This document shows positions 24,616 to 28,959 of a stretch of 28,959 nt of DNA, one piece after another (within the stretch, counting starts at the first letter, position 1; each line of letters opens with the position of its first letter). The DNA is from a virus. Taxonomy: Duplodnaviria > Caudoviricetes. The notes under the pieces are model-generated. The model saw only the letters and a list, made by a program, of their open reading frames with translations. It was not told where the DNA came from and made no database searches. The DNA lies in the IMG/VR virus record IMGVR_UViG_3300022173_000100, positions 1 to 28,959 of that record; one strand, 5' to 3'. The position numbers and the translations under genes are program-made.

Positions 24616-25076
24616 GTGAGGCATTTAAAAAAGCGTTAATGAGTAAAAAAAACAAGTTTGATGAACTTAACGAAAAAGGTTATACAAAGATAGACGGTAA
24701 CGCGCCAATGCCAGAGCATTCTTACACGCGAATAAAAGAAGGACCGGCTCCGATTGATAAAGGTTATACAAAAGTTCCGGGAAAATCTGGAAAGTTTGGT
24801 GGAAAACTAGGTGCTTTAGCCGCCATAGGCTCTTTAGGATATCAAGCGTTAAAGGGCGAACCCGTTATGGCGCAAGACGTTGTAAAATCGGGCGCGGAAC
24901 TCCTCAATCCTCTACCTTTTAGTATGGATGAAATGAAGTCTGAAGTTGATAAAATGGATTCAAAAAAGAAATTAGACCAACTTATGGCTGATAAAGAGCT
25001 TGAACGTAAAATGCGCGAAGACAAAGCACGTCCAGGCGCATTAGAGTTTGGCAAGTACCTTAAAAAAATAAAATAA
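24612..25076 (+). CDS. Hypothetical protein with short internal repeats
   Basis: GGAGG SD, GTG start; KGYTK twice, HSYTR once; central Gly/Ala hydrophobic stretch. Confidence 0.7.
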   Translation: MSEAFKKALMSKKNKFDELNEKGYTKIDGNAPMPEHSYTRIKEGPAPIDKGYTKVPGKSGKFGGKLGALAAIGSLGYQALKGEPVMAQDVVKSGAELLNPLPFSMDEMKSEVDKMDSKKKLDQLMADKELERKMREDKARPGALEFGKYLKKIK

Positions 25077-25277
25077 CTACTTACTCAACTTTCCCATAGC
25101 ATCATTACAAATCGCTCTAACCCCTTCCTCAGACATACCCACATCGTAAAGTCTTTTAGCGCAATCAATCATAGCTTCGCGGTCACGTTCACGACGTGGA
25201 GTCTCATTTTTAGGTTCTAGAAGAGAGCATCCAGGTCCTAATAATCCGATTAATAAAAGTGATAAAATTAGTTTCAT
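25077..25277 (-). CDS. Putative lipoprotein
   Basis: MKLILSLLLIGLLGPG|C signal/lipobox-like; two further Cys. Confidence 0.65.
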   Translation of the reverse strand: MKLILSLLLIGLLGPGCSLLEPKNETPRRERDREAMIDCAKRLYDVGMSEEGVRAICNDAMGKLSK

Positions 25278-25492
25278 AAACCCCCCTTGTGATCCTCATA
25301 ATGTCTTTCCATCAAAACACCAGCTACATATGCGTCTATAAACATTAATTTACTTAAGTGATCCATTTTTAGTTCTAATGCAAAACGAGATGCTAATTTT
25401 AGCGCATCAAGATAAGAATCTTTATGGGTATCCTTTATTATTTTTAAAGCTTCTAGTAGTGGGTAATTAGTTAAATTTTGTTTATGATACAT
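25274..25492 (-). CDS. Hypothetical protein
   Basis: 72 aa, translationally coupled to neighbours. Confidence 0.65.
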   Translation of the reverse strand: MYHKQNLTNYPLLEALKIIKDTHKDSYLDALKLASRFALELKMDHLSKLMFIDAYVAGVLMERHYEDHKGGL

Positions 25493-25675
25493 TTAAAACT
25501 CCTTATAGTATGTTGCATATATGTAGGTAAAAGTAGGAATAATTATAATTAATCCGAATGTTAAATAAGCCCAAAACATGTTACCTTCGGTTAAGTCTTT
25601 TAAATCTACCCCACTACCGCTGGGTATTACTATTGTTTTTGATTTTACTTTTTTTCTTTTTTTTGTTTTTTTCAT
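25493..25675 (-). CDS. Small membrane protein
   Basis: Basic N-terminus, C-terminal TM helix. Confidence 0.65.
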   Translation of the reverse strand: MKKTKKRKKVKSKTIVIPSGSGVDLKDLTEGNMFWAYLTFGLIIIIPTFTYIYATYYKEF

Positions 25676-25682
25676 AACTTAC

Positions 25683-26018
25683 CTACCTTGTTGACTCAAT
25701 AGCTACTTTTGCAGCAAATCCAGTAATTAAAACACCTAAAGTAAAGTATCCAACTGATTTCCAAAAACTACGTGCCTCAGAAGATTTAAGTTCACTTTTA
25801 TAAAGCTCAACTCTTTCATCTTGGATAGCGGATAAATCTTTAAGCTTGAGGTTCTGCAACTCAAGATTTTTCTTATCTTCGTTAATTTGTCTAAACTCTT
25901 TCATTTGCGCGGCATCAGACAAAATTCCATCATACGGCGCTACATCGCCCTTTTTGAGGGTGGTCATTTCGGCGTGAGCCAGTCTTACTATTAGTAGTGC
26001 GATTAGTGCGTATCTCAT
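25683..26018 (-). CDS. Spanin-like protein (signal peptide, coiled coil, C-terminal TM)
   Basis: AHA cleavage site; LKKGDVAPYDGIL; coiled coil; YFTLGVLITGFAA. Confidence 0.55.
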   Translation of the reverse strand: MRYALIALLIVRLAHAEMTTLKKGDVAPYDGILSDAAQMKEFRQINEDKKNLELQNLKLKDLSAIQDERVELYKSELKSSEARSFWKSVGYFTLGVLITGFAAKVAIESTR

Positions 26019-26020
26019 AG

Positions 26021-26251
26021 TTACTCCTTATCGATGCATGATGTATATTCATTATCAATTTCGTTAATATTAACTTTATAATTTGATAAATGTTGCCAGT
26101 TGAGTAGTTCGTATGTTGAGCCGTTTACCTCTAAAACTTTATAACGTACCACATTACCTGTTGGATCAGCCTTATTACAAATAAATTGACCTTCAGAAAA
26201 TTTTGCTGAATTACAGGATACTATTAATATAAAAAATAAGAATAATCTCAC
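26021..26251 (-). CDS. Putative lipoprotein
   Basis: GTG start; MRLFLFFILIVS|C. Confidence 0.6.
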   Translation of the reverse strand: MRLFLFFILIVSCNSAKFSEGQFICNKADPTGNVVRYKVLEVNGSTYELLNWQHLSNYKVNINEIDNEYTSCIDKE

Positions 26252-26484
26252 TTTTTCTCCTTATTCCAATAGTCAAGTTCAGATTCTAGCGTCTTATCTT
26301 CAACCGGTTTACCGATTTTTTCATCAAGCGCTTTAACTTCCGCCTTAACCTCATCCGCTTTTTTATCAAGCGCTGCAGATTTTGAGGTGAACTCTACACT
26401 AGCCCCGCCTTTACGGAAAAAAAGAAAAATAAAGCCGATAGCTCCGATAATTGCCGCTGCGATTCCAGTGATGAATGATTTCAT
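26248..26484 (-). CDS. i-spanin-like membrane protein
   Basis: N-terminal TM helix plus coiled coil, immediately after the endolysin. Confidence 0.55.
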   Translation of the reverse strand: MKSFITGIAAAIIGAIGFIFLFFRKGGASVEFTSKSAALDKKADEVKAEVKALDEKIGKPVEDKTLESELDYWNKEKK

Positions 26485-26495
26485 AATTTATCCTT

Positions 26496-26879
26496 TTATG
26501 GTTTAAATACTCTAGTTCTTCCATCTACACGACTTTTAGGCTTACGAAGCTGTAAATGGACCCACGTTGTGGCTATTGCTGGGTCTTCCATAAATAGACC
26601 ACATTTTTCTAATATTTCATCAGTACAAAAGTTTGTCAATTCCCTAGATATATCTTTAAAGTCTACTGCTTCTAACGTTAAATGCGCCGACTTTTTGCCG
26701 CCGCCCGCTTTTGTGTTGTAATGTCCCGGACGGTAGCCAGAAGATACGGACATTGGTTTACCATATAGTTGACGTAATTTATTAACTGCAATGAGTAAAT
26801 TATTGAGCTTTGTTTCTAATTCGGGCGTTAATGGGTATTCTTTATCACGTCCCATTAAAACCTCATCACGCGTAATCAT
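26496..26879 (-). CDS. Peptidase M15A-family endolysin
   Basis: LR..YGKPM.VSSGYR...N...GG...SAH....AVD...WVHL zinc motif. Confidence 0.9.
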   Translation of the reverse strand: MITRDEVLMGRDKEYPLTPELETKLNNLLIAVNKLRQLYGKPMSVSSGYRPGHYNTKAGGGKKSAHLTLEAVDFKDISRELTNFCTDEILEKCGLFMEDPAIATTWVHLQLRKPKSRVDGRTRVFKP

Positions 26880-27394
26880 GGTATATCCTTTAGCATCATA
26901 TCGTTATAATAAAATGCGCATTTACTTTTTAAATGCTTCAATCTTGGCTCCGCTTGAACTGCCAACATATCACTAAATTGTACCACGTTTTGAATCAAAA
27001 GTAAACCTTTTTCTATTTCCATGCACAAAATAACGTAGTGCCCCTCAAATTTCGGAAGGGAACTTTTTTCCATCAACCAACTCATGCCGTAGCGTTTTAC
27101 TGAATCAATTGATTGCGTTTTAACGCTAAAGTTATGACCTCCAGCGGTTAAGTCTGCAGAATGGGATTTACGTCCACCCCTATAAATCTCTAAATCAGGT
27201 AAAGTCGTATCGGCAAATTTTGAGGAGAGCAGTTCGTACGCCGCAAACTCTCCCAATTTCCCCGTGATAATGTCTTGCGTAATCTTATCCAGGTTAGCTT
27301 GTCCACGTGAAGCATAATATTTATTAGTTTGGGCGCATTCTTGCGCGAATAACGTGCATTTATCGATTGTTTCTTGGGCAATTTTAATCAACAT
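26876..27394 (-). CDS. Putative PD-(D/E)XK-fold nuclease-like protein
   Basis: GKLGEFAA helix, ADL, SVKT (the D/E of D/ExK is replaced by S). Confidence 0.5.
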   Translation of the reverse strand: MLIKIAQETIDKCTLFAQECAQTNKYYASRGQANLDKITQDIITGKLGEFAAYELLSSKFADTTLPDLEIYRGGRKSHSADLTAGGHNFSVKTQSIDSVKRYGMSWLMEKSSLPKFEGHYVILCMEIEKGLLLIQNVVQFSDMLAVQAEPRLKHLKSKCAFYYNDMMLKDIP

Positions 27395-28077
27395 TGGAAC
27401 TCCGATTTAGTAAATATTTTTTCAATCCTTATTTTTTCAGCATGATTACAATGCATTTCTAAATTTCTATTAAATTCATATACACACTTAAAGTCTTCCG
27501 GTGCACTATACTCAGAAATATACACTAAATTGTTTTTACTAAGATCTCTTACTTTATCCCAAAACTTATTGTAATTAAAATCAACGCTGTATTTAGTAGT
27601 ATTAGCATATGGCGGGTCTAAATATATTAAAGCCCCTTCTACATCTAAATCAAATAAAGACATATTTTTGAAGGAGAGTCCTATTTTATTTTTAAATTTT
27701 TTTTCTAAAGAATTTTTTGCATTTTGCGCATAATTTCTATCTATACTACCTCTTGCATATCCACTAAAGTATTTACCAGAAAAAGAACATCCAAAACCAA
27801 TAAATGCTTTTAAAGGGTTGTTATCTGGTAGACTTTTAGCATTTTCATAATCTAATTCTGAAACTGCACTAGGAGGTTCAAATCCGGTTAATATTGCATT
27901 ATATAAACAAATTAATGAACTATGCACATCTATTCCTAATCGATCCCCTGACATTCTAGTTATTATACTAGCACCCCCAACAGTTCCATCTATAAATAAT
28001 TGTCCAGGTTTTCTTTTACTTTCTAAAAATTCTACAATTTTTTTTGCTACTTTTTCTTTTCCACCCAAATATTGCAT
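27388..28077 (-). CDS. DNA adenine methyltransferase (D12/Dam class)
   Basis: YLGGK N-terminus, FIGFGCSFSGKYF.GY, IYLDPPY, VYISEY. Confidence 0.9.
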   Translation of the reverse strand: MQYLGGKEKVAKKIVEFLESKRKPGQLFIDGTVGGASIITRMSGDRLGIDVHSSLICLYNAILTGFEPPSAVSELDYENAKSLPDNNPLKAFIGFGCSFSGKYFSGYARGSIDRNYAQNAKNSLEKKFKNKIGLSFKNMSLFDLDVEGALIYLDPPYANTTKYSVDFNYNKFWDKVRDLSKNNLVYISEYSAPEDFKCVYEFNRNLEMHCNHAEKIRIEKIFTKSEFQC

Positions 28078-28086
28078 ATATACTCC

Positions 28087-28959
28087 TTAGTGTGATTCTG
28101 CAAAGTTTTTACCAAACGCCGGCGGCGCTTTAAGTTTTACTGGCAGTTCTATAACAGATTCCATGCATTCTTGCGCAATAGTAGCGGCTCTAGCTTTAAA
28201 TTCCTCTTTTACCTCAATAACCAACTGATCATGAATTTGACATATAACTAAGGCTGGGATTTTATGTTTAATAAACTCTCTATTAACAGCGATTGCAGCG
28301 CGGTTTACTACTGATGCGGCTAACGATTGGATTTGAAAGTTACGCCCGTTATTGATATAATTTGTAATCTTACGTCTTTTCTCTTTCATTTCCTCATACA
28401 GTGTAGGGCTTTCGTGGAACTGTTTCCACAACTCTAGAGAATCAAATATCCACGGTCCAGTTTCACGTAATATCGTAATAGCTTCTGGCATCCTACGTTT
28501 ACGACCTACTAAAGAGGTTACATAACCTAGTTTTTTTACCGAATCATCCGTAGTGTCCATCCATTTTTTTAAGTTTGGAAACGCTCTCATGTATTGATCA
28601 ATTAATCGTTGAGCCTCGTCCTGAGAAATATTTAACTCCTTACTCAATTTGAAAGAGCCCATTCCATATGGAACACCCAAACAATAGGATTTACTCTTTT
28701 GACGTGCAGCCTTATTAATCTTTCCAAGATAGTTTGGTGCATTCTTATCAGCAGAAACGCCTTCCAACCGTTCGGTCATAATTGCAATAGTTGAGTAGAA
28801 GTCTTGATTTTTATTGAAGATGTCTTGTAAGCCTTTATCGCCTGAAACCGCGCTAAAAATGTGCGGCTCTAATGATTCATAGTCGATATCAACAAATGAA
28901 TGAAATGGGCGAGATACAAAAAACTCACGAATTGCATTTGTGTATTTCATGACTAAAGC
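28087..28959 (-). CDS. polA: DNA polymerase family A, C-terminal part (5'-truncated by the window)
   Basis: Motif A DYESLE, motif B RQKSKSYCLGVPYG, NFQIQS, motif C QIHDQL; frame stays open (GCT TTA GTC) to the window edge. Confidence 0.95.
   Translation of the reverse strand, partial: ALVMKYTNAIREFFVSRPFHSFVDIDYESLEPHIFSAVSGDKGLQDIFNKNQDFYSTIAIMTERLEGVSADKNAPNYLGKINKAARQKSKSYCLGVPYGMGSFKLSKELNISQDEAQRLIDQYMRAFPNLKKWMDTTDDSVKKLGYVTSLVGRKRRMPEAITILRETGPWIFDSLELWKQFHESPTLYEEMKEKRRKITNYINNGRNFQIQSLAASVVNRAAIAVNREFIKHKIPALVICQIHDQLVIEVKEEFKARAATIAQECMESVIELPVKLKAPPAFGKNFAESH

Noticed and set aside
4157-27381. Short antisense or out-of-frame ORFs from the track (e.g. 4157-4441, 4556-4762, 6204-6395, 6784-7020, 8326-8547, 8939-9139, 9486-9818, 13934-14218, 19156-20039, 21420-21677, 22391-22818, 24842-25054, 26791-26976, 27190-27381)
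   Set aside because: Shadows of well-supported genes, with no SD or recognisable motifs
28948-28959. Split or intein/intron-interrupted polA starting at ATG 28950
   Set aside because: The frame is open to the window edge; simple truncation explains it
1-28959. CRISPR array, tRNA, DGR template/variable repeats, stop-codon recoding
   Set aside because: No spaced repeats, cloverleaf or long near-identical repeat pairs seen; genes are intact in code 11 and use all three stops

Overview
AT-rich fragment of a tailed dsDNA phage with podovirus-type gene order. 1-2200 is a dense regulatory region with small early ORFs. 2277-25076 (+) is the virion module: portal, scaffold, major capsid, adaptor, nozzle, GNAT, ejection proteins, tail fibres and holin-like genes, with two free-standing homing endonucleases (EndoVII/HNH and GIY-YIG). 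25077-28959 (-) is the converging end of a replication operon: family A DNA polymerase (cut by the window edge), Dam-type methylase, PD-(D/E)XK-like protein, M15 endolysin, spanin-like and lipoprotein genes. No terminase, tRNA, CRISPR array or integrase is visible. The most unusual signals are regulatory: (i) two mirror-image, face-to-face extended sigma70 promoters at 518-625, bracketed by two sigma54 (-24/-12) consensus sites, with IHF-like sites nearby; (ii) a 12-bp motif AAAnCCCAGATw before five late transcription units, a candidate phage-specific late promoter; (iii) probable ATT and ATA start codons, one buried in an RBS-occluding hairpin in front of a stand-alone MqsA/YgiT-type Zn finger that may be an antitoxin mimic. 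The sigma54 sites and lipoproteins suggest a diderm host. A deltaproteobacterial or Bdellovibrionota-like host is only a guess. All protein calls come from motif recognition by eye and synteny; no searches were run.
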